The notes below the pieces were generated by a model. It was not told the DNA's origin, ran no database searches, and was given only the letters and a program-made list of their open reading frames with translations. Both the position numbers and the translations under genes were made by a program. A DNA stretch of 64,000 nucleotides from Actinomycetes bacterium (GTDB lineage: Bacteria > Actinomycetota > Acidimicrobiia > Acidimicrobiales > Ilumatobacteraceae): positions 2,193-66,192 of the forward strand of contig JAKOUY010000036.1 of NCBI GenBank assembly GCA_029782355.1, written 5' to 3'. This document shows positions 29,446 to 41,032 of the stretch, piece after piece; the first letter of the stretch is position 1; the number at the start of each line of letters is the position of its first letter.

Positions 29446-30774
29446 ATGTCGGGCATGCTGATCACGGCGCTGGCCGCCGCGGGAACGCTGGTGGCACCGC
29501 TGGGCGTGGCACAACACCAGCCACGGTCGTCCGCCGCCGGCTGCGCCACCGTCGTGAGGCCGGGAGCCGACGTCACGGCCGCGCTGGGCGACGCGCTGGT
29601 CGCCGCCAGCGCCGAGCCGGACCCCCGAGTCGTCGGGCCCGCCGGCGCTCCCCAGGGTCGGGTGTACCTGCCGGCGGGCGAGTACGGGCTGTCCCAGGTG
29701 ACGGTGCCCTCCAACGTCCGCCTGGAGATCGACCCGGGGGCGACCCTGCACCCGGTGCCGACCAGCCGCCCGACGCGGGGGCGCGATTGGGGCATGTTCG
29801 TGTTCGGGACGCCCGACCAGCCAACTCGCAACGTCACGGTGGTGGCCGGTGACGGCTGCGGCGGGCCGGGCACCCCGACCGCGGCGAACAAGCCGGCGTC
29901 GACCGACTTCCGCGGCAACCTCCCGGAGACGGGCATGCACAACATGGCCGTGCCACTGGCCGGATGGAACACCGAGGCGATGTGGGTCCTCGACGTCGAC
30001 CCGGGACACTGGCAGGTCGACGAGCAGGTCACCGGCTTCCTGCTGCACTGGGCCCTCGACGTCGAGATCGGGTCGGTGTTCTCCATCCAGAACCCGGCTC
30101 GCCAGCCCACCGGGATCGGGCCGGTCCCCGGCGTCACCAGCCGGACGACCGTCATGATGTTCGACCCGCACGAGGGGATGCCCGTGCCGGCCGACGAGGC
30201 CGACGCCCGGCTCCCGCAACGGATCCACGTCCACGACCACTACAACATCCTCTCGCCGTCCGGCCAGGGACCGAACCAAGTCCGCTCGTGCATCGACTGC
30301 CGCTTCGAGCGGATCTTCAGCCACGGAGGCGTGGCCCTGCGGATCGAGACCGACGGGATCCGCCGGGTGACCGACTGCACGGCCACCGGTCCCAATGGTC
30401 AGGGGTTCACCACCTACGCCATCGTCGACCGCCTCGTGGCCGAGGACATCGTCGGCGCTGACGGCAATCGCGCCGCGATGTTGACCCCGCACTGCCTGGA
30501 CAGCGGGGTGGTGACCGTCCGCCGGGTCACCGGCTACAGCGAGTTCCAGACCGCGGTCGCCGCAGCCCGCGACCGGGGCAGCCGCTCGGGCGGGTTCGCC
30601 GCCGGCAGCCGGATCGACGAGGTGCGCGCCTGTCCCGGCGACGCCGCCCAGGAGCCGCACCCCGATCGGGACAGCTACCTGCCGGCGACCTCGCAGGTCG
30701 CCGTCGTGGACGCCTCGCCCACGGTCGTGGTGACCCCGGCCCTGCCCTGGCCGGGGTGCGTCAACCCACCGTGA
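29446..30774 (+). CDS. Hypothetical secreted protein (signal peptide; possibly beta-helix-like)
   Basis: The last 442 aa of the artefactual ORF 26974..30774, from ATG 29446 (MSGMLITALAAAGTLVAPLGVAQ). I recognise no family. Confidence 0.5.
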   Translation: MSGMLITALAAAGTLVAPLGVAQHQPRSSAAGCATVVRPGADVTAALGDALVAASAEPDPRVVGPAGAPQGRVYLPAGEYGLSQVTVPSNVRLEIDPGATLHPVPTSRPTRGRDWGMFVFGTPDQPTRNVTVVAGDGCGGPGTPTAANKPASTDFRGNLPETGMHNMAVPLAGWNTEAMWVLDVDPGHWQVDEQVTGFLLHWALDVEIGSVFSIQNPARQPTGIGPVPGVTSRTTVMMFDPHEGMPVPADEADARLPQRIHVHDHYNILSPSGQGPNQVRSCIDCRFERIFSHGGVALRIETDGIRRVTDCTATGPNGQGFTTYAIVDRLVAEDIVGADGNRAAMLTPHCLDSGVVTVRRVTGYSEFQTAVAAARDRGSRSGGFAAGSRIDEVRACPGDAAQEPHPDRDSYLPATSQVAVVDASPTVVVTPALPWPGCVNPP

Positions 30775-30780
30775 ACCGGT

Positions 30781-32190
30781 CTACAGCTCGGCTCCCCAGT
30801 CCCGCGTCTCCAGCTCCTGCTTGACCCGCACGAGGAACCCGGCGGCGTAGGCGCCGTCGAAGGCCCGGTGGTCCCAGCTCATCGCCAGGTTGCCGACCGG
30901 GTGGATGGCGATGCCCTCCTGACCGCCCGGCAGGCCGACCACCACCGGCTTGCGGACGATGGCGTCGGTGGACAGGATCGCCACCTGCGGCTGGTTGATG
31001 ATCGGCATCGTCAGCACGCTGCCCGCCGAACCGTTGTTGGAGATGGTGAACGTCCCCCCGGTGATCTCGTCCGGGCCGAGCTTCTTCGATCGGGCCCGGC
31101 CGGCCAGGTCGTTGATCTCCTGGGCGATGGCCCGCAGCCGCTTGGTCTCGGCCGACCGGATCACCGGCACCAGCAGTCCCTCGTAGTCCATGTCGACGGC
31201 GATGCCGATGTCGACGAAGCGGTGGACCACCAGGTCGTCCTCGCCGACGCTGGCGTTGAGATTGGGGAACGCGGCGAGGGCCTCGACGACGGCCCGGGTG
31301 ATGAACGGGAGATAGGTCAGCCCGAACCCCTCGGCCTGCCGCCACTCGTGCTTCACCGCCGAGCGGGTCAGGTCGACGTTGGCATAGTCGACCTCGACCA
31401 CGCTGAAGGCGTGCGGGCTCACCGCCTTGCTCATGATCATGTGGTTGCCGGTCAGCTTGCGGATCTTGCTGAGCTTGACCGAGCTGTCCCGCTGGCCGGC
31501 CGTCACGGCCGGCCCCGCGGCCCCGGCAGCGGCAGGCGCGACCGGCGCGGGAGACGGTGCCGCGGCGGGCGCCGCGGCCGGCGATGGGGCCGCCGGGGCC
31601 CGGCCGGCTGCGCCGGCACCGGACGCGGCCAGGCGGTCGATGTGGTCGAGCACGTCGTCACGGGTGATCCGCCCACCGGGCCCGGTGGCGGTGATCGACG
31701 CCGGGTCGAGGCCGTGCTCGCCGAGCAGACGACGGACGACGGGGGACACCAGCAGGCCCTCCCCGGCAGCCGGAGCCGGCGGGGGTGGGGTGGCCGGCGC
31801 CTCGGCCGCCGGAGGAGCCGGCTGGGGGTCGGGGGCGGCCGGCTCACGGACCACCGCGGCGCTCGCCGGCGGCGGGGCGGCCGGCGGCGCCGGCTGCGGC
31901 TCCGGGGCGGGCGCCGGGGCAGGCTGCTCGGCGGGCTGGGCCGGCGGCGAGGCGGCCGCGTCGCCGACGACGGCCACCACGGTCCCCACCGCGACCGTGT
32001 CACCCTCGTTGGCCCGGATCTCGCTGAGGACGCCGGCGGACGGCGAGGGCACCTCGGTGTCGACCTTGTCGGTGGAGACCTCGAACAGCGGCTCGTCGGC
32101 CGCGACCTGGTCGCCGACCTGCTTGAACCAGCGGGTGATGGTCCCTTCGGTCACCGTCTCACCCAACTGCGGGAGTTTCACTTCGGCCAC
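30781..32190 (-). CDS. Dihydrolipoamide acyltransferase, E2 component of a 2-oxoacid dehydrogenase complex
   Basis: In ORF 30781..32601 from GTG 32190 (VAEVKLPQLGETVTEGTI..STDKV, lipoyl domain) with GAGGAG upstream. It has Ala/Pro linkers, a subunit-binding domain, and a catalytic domain with DHRAFDG. Confidence 0.9.
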   Translation of the reverse strand: MAEVKLPQLGETVTEGTITRWFKQVGDQVAADEPLFEVSTDKVDTEVPSPSAGVLSEIRANEGDTVAVGTVVAVVGDAAASPPAQPAEQPAPAPAPEPQPAPPAAPPPASAAVVREPAAPDPQPAPPAAEAPATPPPPAPAAGEGLLVSPVVRRLLGEHGLDPASITATGPGGRITRDDVLDHIDRLAASGAGAAGRAPAAPSPAAAPAAAPSPAPVAPAAAGAAGPAVTAGQRDSSVKLSKIRKLTGNHMIMSKAVSPHAFSVVEVDYANVDLTRSAVKHEWRQAEGFGLTYLPFITRAVVEALAAFPNLNASVGEDDLVVHRFVDIGIAVDMDYEGLLVPVIRSAETKRLRAIAQEINDLAGRARSKKLGPDEITGGTFTISNNGSAGSVLTMPIINQPQVAILSTDAIVRKPVVVGLPGGQEGIAIHPVGNLAMSWDHRAFDGAYAAGFLVRVKQELETRDWGAEL

Positions 32191-32201
32191 GGAGGCTCCT
32201 C

Positions 32202-33635
32202 TCAGACGTTCAGGCTGCGCCCGGTGAGCGACAGCACCGTCTCGCCGAACAGCTCGGTCAGACTCGGATGGGGTTGGATGAACTCGGCGACCTCGGCCAC
32301 CGTGGCTTCCCAGTTGACGGCCAGGTAACCGCCGCTGAGCTGCTCGGTGACCCACGGCCCGACCATGTGCACGCCGAGGATCTGGCCCGCCGTGCCATCG
32401 GCGTTGCGCCGGGCGATGACCTTCACCAGCCCGTCGAGCTCGCCGAGGATCTTGGCCCGGCTGTTGGCCCGGAACTGGTGCTTGGCCACCACGACGTCGT
32501 GCCCGGCAGCCCGGGCGGCCTCCTCGCTGGGTCCGACGAAGGCCACCTCCGGGTGGCAGTAGATGGCCCACGGCACCCGGTCGTAGTCGACCGGGGCGCA
32601 CGGCTCACCGAGGATCTGCTTGGTCACCAGGATCGCCTCGGCGTAGCCGACGTGGGCCAGCTGCGGGGTGTTGATCAGGTCGCCGACGGCGAAGACACCC
32701 GGCTCGCCGGTCCGGCAGTACTCGTCGACCTCGACGAACCCGCGGTCGGTGACGGTGACCGCCGTGCCCTCGAGGCCGAGCTGATCGGCGAACGGGCGCC
32801 GGCCGACGCTGACGACCACGGCGTCGACCTCGACGCTCGTGCCGTCGCCGAGATGGACGGTGGTGCCGCCATGGCCGTTCGGCGTGTGGCCCGTGACCTG
32901 GACGCCGGTGCGGATGTCGATCCGCTGCTTCTTGAAGGCCCGGACCACCACGTTGGCGACATCGGGATCGAGGCCGGGCAGGATCTTGGGCAGGCCTTCG
33001 AGGATGGTGACCGTCGAGCCGAGGTCGGCGAACGTGCTGGCGAACTCGCAGCCGATCGCCCCGCCGCCGATGACCGCAACCCGGGCGGGCAGCTCGGTGA
33101 GCATCAGCACTTCGTCACTGGTCATCACCGGACCACGGTGGCCGGGCGGCGGCGGCTCGAACCCGGGGATCAGCCGCGGCACCGACCCGGCGGCGAGGAT
33201 CACGTGATCGCCGGTCACCGTCGAGGCCGAGCCGTCGGGGTGGGCGACGGTCACGGTCTTGCCCGGCCCGAGGTGGCCGATGCCCGACAGGATCGTGATC
33301 TTCTTCGAGCCCATGAAGGCGGTGAGGCCCTTGACGATCTCGTCGACGATCTTCTGCTTGCGCGCCTGGGACGTGGCGAAGTCGACCGTCGGGGCACCGG
33401 CGTTGATGCCGAAGTCGGCGGCGTGGGTCACGTGGCGGTGCACGGCGGCCGTCTCCAGGTAGGCCTTGGCCGGGATGCAGCCGCGGTTGAGGCACGTCCC
33501 GCCCATCGCGTCCTTCTCGACGATCGCCACCTTCAGCCCGGCCGAGGTGGCGTACAGCGCCGATCCGTAGCCGGCCGGCCCACCGCCGATGACCACCACG
33601 TCGAAGCGGTCGGCCTGGTCCTGCGCGGCGTTCAT
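32202..33635 (-). CDS. lpdA: Dihydrolipoyl dehydrogenase (E3)
   Basis: ORF 32202..33635. VVIGGGPAGY, the redox-active GGTCLNRGCIPAK, and a C-terminal HPSLTE-type motif are present. Confidence 0.9.
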   Translation of the reverse strand: MNAAQDQADRFDVVVIGGGPAGYGSALYATSAGLKVAIVEKDAMGGTCLNRGCIPAKAYLETAAVHRHVTHAADFGINAGAPTVDFATSQARKQKIVDEIVKGLTAFMGSKKITILSGIGHLGPGKTVTVAHPDGSASTVTGDHVILAAGSVPRLIPGFEPPPPGHRGPVMTSDEVLMLTELPARVAVIGGGAIGCEFASTFADLGSTVTILEGLPKILPGLDPDVANVVVRAFKKQRIDIRTGVQVTGHTPNGHGGTTVHLGDGTSVEVDAVVVSVGRRPFADQLGLEGTAVTVTDRGFVEVDEYCRTGEPGVFAVGDLINTPQLAHVGYAEAILVTKQILGEPCAPVDYDRVPWAIYCHPEVAFVGPSEEAARAAGHDVVVAKHQFRANSRAKILGELDGLVKVIARRNADGTAGQILGVHMVGPWVTEQLSGGYLAVNWEATVAEVAEFIQPHPSLTELFGETVLSLTGRSLNV

Positions 33636-33689
33636 CGTGCTCCTCTCGTGGACATGCCCGGCTTACGGTAGTGGCTGGCGACGGCGCGA

Positions 33690-34103
33690 TCACCCGGCCA
33701 GTTGCCAGGTGGCTCGCTCCTCGGCCCGGCGCAGCACCAGCACCGCGGCCCGTGGCGCGGCAGTGGGCAGCCGGAAGGTCAGCTGGCACGGTCGGACGGC
33801 GCGGGTGAAGGCCGCGCACCCGCTCGCCGCGGTCAGCAGGCGGCCGTCGCTCAGGAGGGCGAAGCCGTCCGAGCCGTTCGGATCGTCCACACCACCGACG
33901 CTGAGCTGGACGACCAGGTCCCCGGCGTCGACGGCCGCCTGGTGGACCACCACCGTGGCGTCACCCACGCGGACCTCCTCGCCGAGGCGGTGCGGCGGGC
34001 TGGCTGCCGGCTGGTTGGCCAGGCGGACCATCAGGGCCACCCCGGCCCCCAGCACCGCCAGCCCGCAGGCCACCGCCAGCAGCAGCAGGGTGCGGGTCTT
34101 CAT
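33690..34103 (-). CDS. Hypothetical small membrane-anchored protein
   Basis: ORF 33690..34103. It has an N-terminal TM/signal segment (MKTRTLLLLAVACGLAVLGAGVAL). I recognise no family. Confidence 0.45.
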   Translation of the reverse strand: MKTRTLLLLAVACGLAVLGAGVALMVRLANQPAASPPHRLGEEVRVGDATVVVHQAAVDAGDLVVQLSVGGVDDPNGSDGFALLSDGRLLTAASGCAAFTRAVRPCQLTFRLPTAAPRAAVLVLRRAEERATWQLAG

Positions 34104-34134
34104 CGGCGCCAGAGGCTACGGGTACCATGACCGG

Positions 34135-34731
34135 GTGCGCACCCGGACCGCCGCGGCACGTCTCGCCGCCTGCATCGCCGGGTCGGCGCTCGTGCTCGGG
34201 GCGTGCGGCGACGCGCCGGCTCGGACCGGCTCGGGCGCCACGGTGCCGCGATCGGCCACGGTGACCGGGGCGCCGGCGATGACCGCCCAGCCGGCCACGG
34301 TGCCGGCCGGGGCCACGCCCGGCACCGCCGTGGAACCGCTGCGCTTCTCGGCCACGCTCGTCGACGGCTCGACCCTCGATCTGGCCACGCTGTCGGGCAC
34401 GCCGGTGGTGCTGTGGTTCTGGGCGCCCACTTGAGGCGTGTGCAACCGGGAAGCCCCCTCGGTCGAGGCGGCCAGCGCTCGGTGGGCCGGTCGGGCCCGC
34501 TTCATCGGCGTCGCCTGGAACGGGGACCACGCCGCGTTCCAGGCCTTCGTCGACCAGCACCACCTGACCTTTCCGCAGATCGCCGACCCGGATGGGGACG
34601 TCTTCGCCCGCTTCGGGATCCCCGCCCAGCCGGCCATGGCGATCATCGACCGCCACGGCCTGGTGGCCCGCCAGCTCGGTCCGATCGAACCGGCCACCCT
34701 CGACCAGGCCCTGACCACGGCAGGAGGCTGA
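34135..34731 (+). CDS. TlpA/ResA-like thiol-disulfide oxidoreductase lipoprotein with in-frame TGA at 34432..34434 (UGVC in place of CxxC): candidate selenoprotein
   Basis: The tail of ORF 33589..34434 from GTG 34135 (VRTRTAAARLAACIAGSALVLGACGD, a lipobox) and ORF 34438..34731 are in the same frame, separated only by TGA-GGC. The joined sequence reads ..PVVLWFWAPT-U-GVCNREAPSVEA..F.GVAW..FPQIADPDG..F....PA.AIID, i.e. the WxxWCxxC..E.P redoxin signature with Sec at the first Cys. Confidence 0.6.
34453..34472 (+). promoter_or_regulatory. SECIS-like hairpin downstream of the TGA at 34432..34434
   Basis: GCCCCCUC-GGUC-GAGGCGGC: 4 bp, one C.C mismatch, then 3 bp, with a GGUC apical tetraloop. The stem starts 18 nt after the UGA. 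Confidence 0.4.
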
Positions 34732-34732
34732 C

Positions 34733-35629
34733 GTGCGCGTCCTCATCAGTGGTGCCACCGGCCTGATCGGCACCGCGCTCGTCGAGCGGCTGCGCGCCGG
34801 TGGCCATCAGCCGGTCCGCCTGGTGCGGCGCGACCCCACCGGGGACGACGTCGTCTGGCGCCCGTCGGAGCGGGCCCTGCCGGCCGGGGCGCTCGAGGGC
34901 GCCGACGCCGTCGTCAACCTCGCCGGCGCGGGGATCGGCGAGCATCGCTGGACCGATGCCTACCGAGCGGAGATCCTGGCCAGCCGGATCGACGCCACCG
35001 CCACGCTGGCCGCGGCCATCGCCGCGGCCGGGTCCGATGCCCCCGGCGTGTTCCTGTCCGGCAGCGCAGTGGGGTTCTACGGCGACCGCGGCGACGAGGT
35101 GCTCACCGAACGCTCTGCCGGCGGCGGCGGGTTCCTGGCCGACGTCTGCCGCCAGTGGGAGGCCGCCGCCCAGCCGGCCGTCGCCGCCGGATGCCGGGTG
35201 GTCAACCTGCGCACCGGCATCGTCCTGGCCGGCCACGGCGGGGCGCTGGCCAAGCAACTCCCGCTGTTCCGCCTCGGGCTGGGTGGACGGATCGGCTCGG
35301 GCCGGCAGTGGTGGAGCTGGATCGCCCTCGAGGACCACGTCTCGGCCATGGTCCACCTGCTCACCGCCGACCTCGACGGCCCGGTCAACCTCACCGCCCC
35401 GAACCCGGCGACCAACACCGAGTTCACCCGGACCCTCGGCCGGGTGCTGCACCGCCCGACGCTGCTCGCCGTTCCCGGCTTCGCCCCCAAAGTGCTGCTG
35501 GGTGCCGATCTCGCCGAGGCCCTGCTGCTGGAGGGTCAGCGGGTCCAGCCGGAGGTCCTGCGCTCGGCGGGGTTCACCTGGCGGCACCCGGAGCTGGCAG
35601 GGGCGCTGGCCGCCGCCCTCGGACGATGA
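34733..35629 (+). CDS. TIGR01777 (YfcH/SDR39U1-like) epimerase family protein with a DUF1731 C-terminus
   Basis: ORF 34733..35629. VLISGATGLIGTAL, RTGIVL, the G.Q..SWI..D-type pattern, and the C-terminal GF.F..P.L motif are present. Confidence 0.8.
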   Translation: MRVLISGATGLIGTALVERLRAGGHQPVRLVRRDPTGDDVVWRPSERALPAGALEGADAVVNLAGAGIGEHRWTDAYRAEILASRIDATATLAAAIAAAGSDAPGVFLSGSAVGFYGDRGDEVLTERSAGGGGFLADVCRQWEAAAQPAVAAGCRVVNLRTGIVLAGHGGALAKQLPLFRLGLGGRIGSGRQWWSWIALEDHVSAMVHLLTADLDGPVNLTAPNPATNTEFTRTLGRVLHRPTLLAVPGFAPKVLLGADLAEALLLEGQRVQPEVLRSAGFTWRHPELAGALAAALGR

Positions 35630-36789
35630 GCCCGACCGGCGCACCGGTCGAGCTTCCGGAGGGATTCCGCTGCCACGTGACCAACATCGGCATCAAGGAC
35701 GGCACCGACGACTTCACCGTCGTCGCCAGCGAGCGCCCCTGCGTGTCGGTGGGGCTATACACGCAGAGCTCGTTCGCCGGACCCAGCGTGATCGTCTCCC
35801 GCCAGGCCTCGGCGCATGCCCGAGCGATCGTCGTCATCTCCAAGAACGCCAACGTCGCCACGGGCGCCGAGGGACTGGCCAATGCCCGTGAGGTGGTGGC
35901 CGGCGTGGCCGGCGCCGTTGGCTGCGCCACCGACGAGGTCCTGATCGCCTCGACCGGCGTCATCGGCCGCCAGTACCCCATGGACCGGGTGCGCGCCGGG
36001 CTCGCCGCCATCCCCCGGCCGCTGCCCGGCTGCGATGCTGCGGCCGTGGCCCGCGGGATCATGACCACCGACACCGTGCCCAAGCTGGCCGTGGCGGGCG
36101 CCGGCGCGGCCCGCGTGGTGGGGGTGGCCAAGGGCGTCGGGATGATCGAGCCGGACATGGCGACGATGATCGCCATGGTGTTCACCGACGCCGCTGCCGA
36201 GGCGGCGACGCTCGACCCGATGGTCCGCCGGGTGGTCGGGCGGACGTTCAACGCCGTCTCGGTCGACACCGATACCTCCACCAGCGACACCGCCGTGGTG
36301 CTGGCCAACGGGACGGCCGGCGAGATCGACCCGGCCGCCCTGGAGGTCGCCCTCGAGCAGGTGATGGGCTCGCTGGCTCGCCAGATCGCCCGCGACGGCG
36401 AGGGGGCCACGAAGCTGATCGAGGTGTGCGTCGACGCCGCCGCCGACGACGCCCAGGCTCGCCGGGTGGCCAAGGCGATCGTCAACTCCCCGCTCGTCAA
36501 GACGGCCGTCCACGGCGCCGATCCCAACTGGGGGCGGGTGGCCATGGCCGTGGGCAAGTCGACCACGGCCGACGAGATCGACCAGGAGCGGGTGGTGATC
36601 CGCTTCGGCGATCAGGAGCTGTATCCGGTGCCGGTGGACGCCGACGGCCTGGCCCGCCTGGCCCGCTACCTGCGTGGCGACGAGGTGCGCATCCACGTCA
36701 CCCTCGGCACCGGCTCGGCGGCGGCGACGGTGTGGGGCTGCGACCTGTCCGACGGGTACGTGCGGATCAACGCCGACTACACCACCTAG
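35626..36789 (+). CDS. argJ: Ornithine acetyltransferase family protein (ArgJ-like)
   Basis: In ORF 35155..36789 from ATG 35626 (ATGA overlap). GFRCHVTNIGIK, KGVGMIEPDMATMIAMVFTDA (autoprocessing site region), DGEGATKLIEV, PNWGR, and the C-terminal INADYTT are present. Confidence 0.85.
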   Translation: MSPTGAPVELPEGFRCHVTNIGIKDGTDDFTVVASERPCVSVGLYTQSSFAGPSVIVSRQASAHARAIVVISKNANVATGAEGLANAREVVAGVAGAVGCATDEVLIASTGVIGRQYPMDRVRAGLAAIPRPLPGCDAAAVARGIMTTDTVPKLAVAGAGAARVVGVAKGVGMIEPDMATMIAMVFTDAAAEAATLDPMVRRVVGRTFNAVSVDTDTSTSDTAVVLANGTAGEIDPAALEVALEQVMGSLARQIARDGEGATKLIEVCVDAAADDAQARRVAKAIVNSPLVKTAVHGADPNWGRVAMAVGKSTTADEIDQERVVIRFGDQELYPVPVDADGLARLARYLRGDEVRIHVTLGTGSAAATVWGCDLSDGYVRINADYTT

Positions 36790-36810
36790 GCGCGTCGGCC
36801 CGGCCGGCGG

Positions 36811-38845
<2,035 letters not shown>

Positions 38846-39505
38846 GTGCCCCGTGACGGCGCTCGGACACGCGCCCGGCTGATCGAGGTCGGCCGGCGCC
38901 TGTTCGCCACCACCGGTGTCTACGCCACCCCGCTGAAGACCATCGTCGACGCCGCCGGGCAACGCAACGCCTCGGCCCTGCACTACCACTTCGGCTCACG
39001 CCAGGGGCTGCTCGAAGCCATCATCGCCACGACCAACGACGACATCGAGCGCCGCCGGGCCGTCCTCCTCGCAGGTGCCGGCCCCGATCCGACGATCCAG
39101 CAGCTGGTGACCGCCTGGATCGTCCCCCAGGCCGATCTGCTCGGCGACCCGATCGGCCGGCAGTTCCTGGCGATCATCTCCCAGCTCAACGACCTGTTCG
39201 ACGAATGGGACGCGGCCACCGTGCCCGCCGAGGCCTTGCGCACGCTGCAGGGGATCGACCACCACCTCCTCCGCCGCGTCGGGGTCAGCGACGATGCCGT
39301 GCGCCGAGAGCGGCTGACTCGGTTCCTCGAGCTGACCGCCGAGGCGCTCGGATCGCGGGCCCGGATGGTCGAGCGCGCCGCCCGCCCGGCGCTCGCTCAC
39401 GAGGCCTGGGTGGCCAACCTGACGGCGATGTCGGTGGGAGCGCTCAGCGCGACCGTGGCAGACCCAGCCCGGCCGTCGCCACGAGATCACGCTGGATCTC
39501 GTTGA
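38846..39505 (+). CDS. TetR family transcriptional regulator
   Basis: ORF 38846..39505. The N-terminal HTH region is TRARLIEVGRRLFATTGVYATPLKTIVDAAGQRNASALHYHFGSRQGLL. Confidence 0.8.
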   Translation: MPRDGARTRARLIEVGRRLFATTGVYATPLKTIVDAAGQRNASALHYHFGSRQGLLEAIIATTNDDIERRRAVLLAGAGPDPTIQQLVTAWIVPQADLLGDPIGRQFLAIISQLNDLFDEWDAATVPAEALRTLQGIDHHLLRRVGVSDDAVRRERLTRFLELTAEALGSRARMVERAARPALAHEAWVANLTAMSVGALSATVADPARPSPRDHAGSR

Positions 39506-40625
39506 CCCCACCGCCGAAGGTGTTGATCTGCGCGGCCCGCGCCGCCTGCTCGAGCTCGCCGTGCAGCGCCGCCCCGGGTGACCCGGCGCGCAGCGAACCC
39601 ACCGGGCCGAGCACCCCCTGCAGGACCCGGTAGACCTCGACGAGCTGCTCGGTGCCGAAGACCTTCGTGCTGCTGGCCTCGGCCGGCCCGAGGGTGTGAT
39701 CGCTGACCGAGCGAACCAGCCGCCAGGTCATCAGCCGGATCGCCTGCAACAGCGCCTTGGTGCGGGCCAGGTCGGCCTGCACCCACGGAACGTCGATCAT
39801 CGTCGTCGCCGGATCGGTACCCGCCGGGGTGGCCCGGCACCAGGCGACGACGTCGTCCCACAACCGCTCGCCCAGGGCGCTCAGCGCCGCCAGACCGACG
39901 CGCTCGTGGTTAAGCTGCATGGTGATCAGCGCCCATCCCCCGTTGACCTGGCCGACGACGTTGTCGCGGGGGACGCGCACGTCGTCGTAGTAGGTGGCCG
40001 TGGTCATCACGTCGCCGACGGTCACGATCGGCGTCCAGGAGAACCCGGGGCGATCGGTGGGGACGATGAGGATGGTGATGCCCTGGTGCTTCGGGGCGTC
40101 GGGATCGGTGCGGCAGGCCAGCCACACGTAGTCGGCCTGGTTGGCGCCGGACGTGAACACCTTGTTGCCGTTGATCACCCACTCGTCGCCGTCGAGCACG
40201 GCGGTGGTGCGCAGGCTGGCCAGGTCGGTGCCGGCCTCCGGCTCGGTGTAGCCGATGCTGAAGTTGATCTCGCCGTGGAGGATGCCCGGCAGGTAGGTGG
40301 CCTTCTGGGCTTCGGTCCCGTGGGCCATGATCGCCGGTCCCACCGTGTTGACGGTGACGAACGGGAACGGGACGTGGGCCCGCTGGATCTCGTCGAACAT
40401 GATGAACTGCTCGATCGGGCTGCGGCCCTGCCCGCCGTACTCCGTCGGCCAGCCCAGACCGAGCCAGCCATCCCGGCCCAGCCGGCGCATCACCCGGCGG
40501 TACGAGGCGCTGGCCTCGGGCCCCTCGCTGACCCCGAAGCGCGGCTCGTCGGCCAACAGGCCGGCGAAGTAGGCACGCAGCTCGGCCCGCAGGGCCAGCT
40601 GCTCGGCGGTCTCGGCCAGGTGCAT
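39444..40625 (-). CDS. Acyl-CoA dehydrogenase family protein
   Basis: ORF 39444..40625. It has typical ACAD domain organisation and a C-terminal ..GGVNEIQRDLVA motif. It overlaps the TetR gene end convergently. Confidence 0.85.
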   Translation of the reverse strand: MHLAETAEQLALRAELRAYFAGLLADEPRFGVSEGPEASASYRRVMRRLGRDGWLGLGWPTEYGGQGRSPIEQFIMFDEIQRAHVPFPFVTVNTVGPAIMAHGTEAQKATYLPGILHGEINFSIGYTEPEAGTDLASLRTTAVLDGDEWVINGNKVFTSGANQADYVWLACRTDPDAPKHQGITILIVPTDRPGFSWTPIVTVGDVMTTATYYDDVRVPRDNVVGQVNGGWALITMQLNHERVGLAALSALGERLWDDVVAWCRATPAGTDPATTMIDVPWVQADLARTKALLQAIRLMTWRLVRSVSDHTLGPAEASSTKVFGTEQLVEVYRVLQGVLGPVGSLRAGSPGAALHGELEQAARAAQINTFGGGVNEIQRDLVATAGLGLPRSR

Positions 40626-40977
40626 CGGCCCCGACGATACCCCCGATCTGACGCCCCATCAGATTCGAACCCCCGCCTCACCCACCCGTCCCCCGCCCAC
40701 CCTGTTCCCCGGTCCGTCCCCTGGTCCGTCCCCCGGTCCGTCCCCCGCCCCACCCCGTTCCCGAGCCCGCCCCCACCGCCCCCTCGCGTGCGCAATCGTC
40801 CGGATGCGGAGGTCTGCGCACGCGAGCCGTGCGAATGCGTGCGCAAACCGGCGGATGCGACGGTTTGCGCACGCATGAACGGCGGCGGGCGGGGGTGGGG
40901 ACGGTTTGCGCACGCGAGGGTGGCGGGGCGGGGGCGGGGGCGGGGGCGGGGGCGGGGGCGGGGGCGGGGGAACCGGC

Positions 40978-40992
40978 GGGGTGAACTTTTCG
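40978..40992 (+). promoter_or_regulatory. GGGGTGAACTTTTCG motif, copy 1 (upstream of purL)
   Basis: An identical 15-mer is also found at 44690..44704. It sits 46 nt upstream of a TACGGT -10-like hexamer. Confidence 0.45.
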
Positions 40993-41026
40993 GAATGGGC
41001 GGGACGCGGCGGGTGGGGACGGTGCC

Positions 41027-41032
41027 TACGGT
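41027..41032 (+). promoter_or_regulatory. -10-like TACGGT hexamer 7 nt upstream of the purL ATG (predicts a leaderless mRNA)
   Basis: It matches TANNNT. The spacing to the ATG is compatible with a transcription start at or next to the start codon, and there is no Shine-Dalgarno sequence between them. Confidence 0.35.

Noticed and set aside
40783-40970. Possible CRISPR array, suggested by repeated palindromic units and regular GGGGGC repeats.
   Set aside because: There are only 2-3 repeat arms with 10-20 nt loops, not 25-40 nt spacers. The 6-nt G-tract period is microsatellite-like. No cas genes are in the window.
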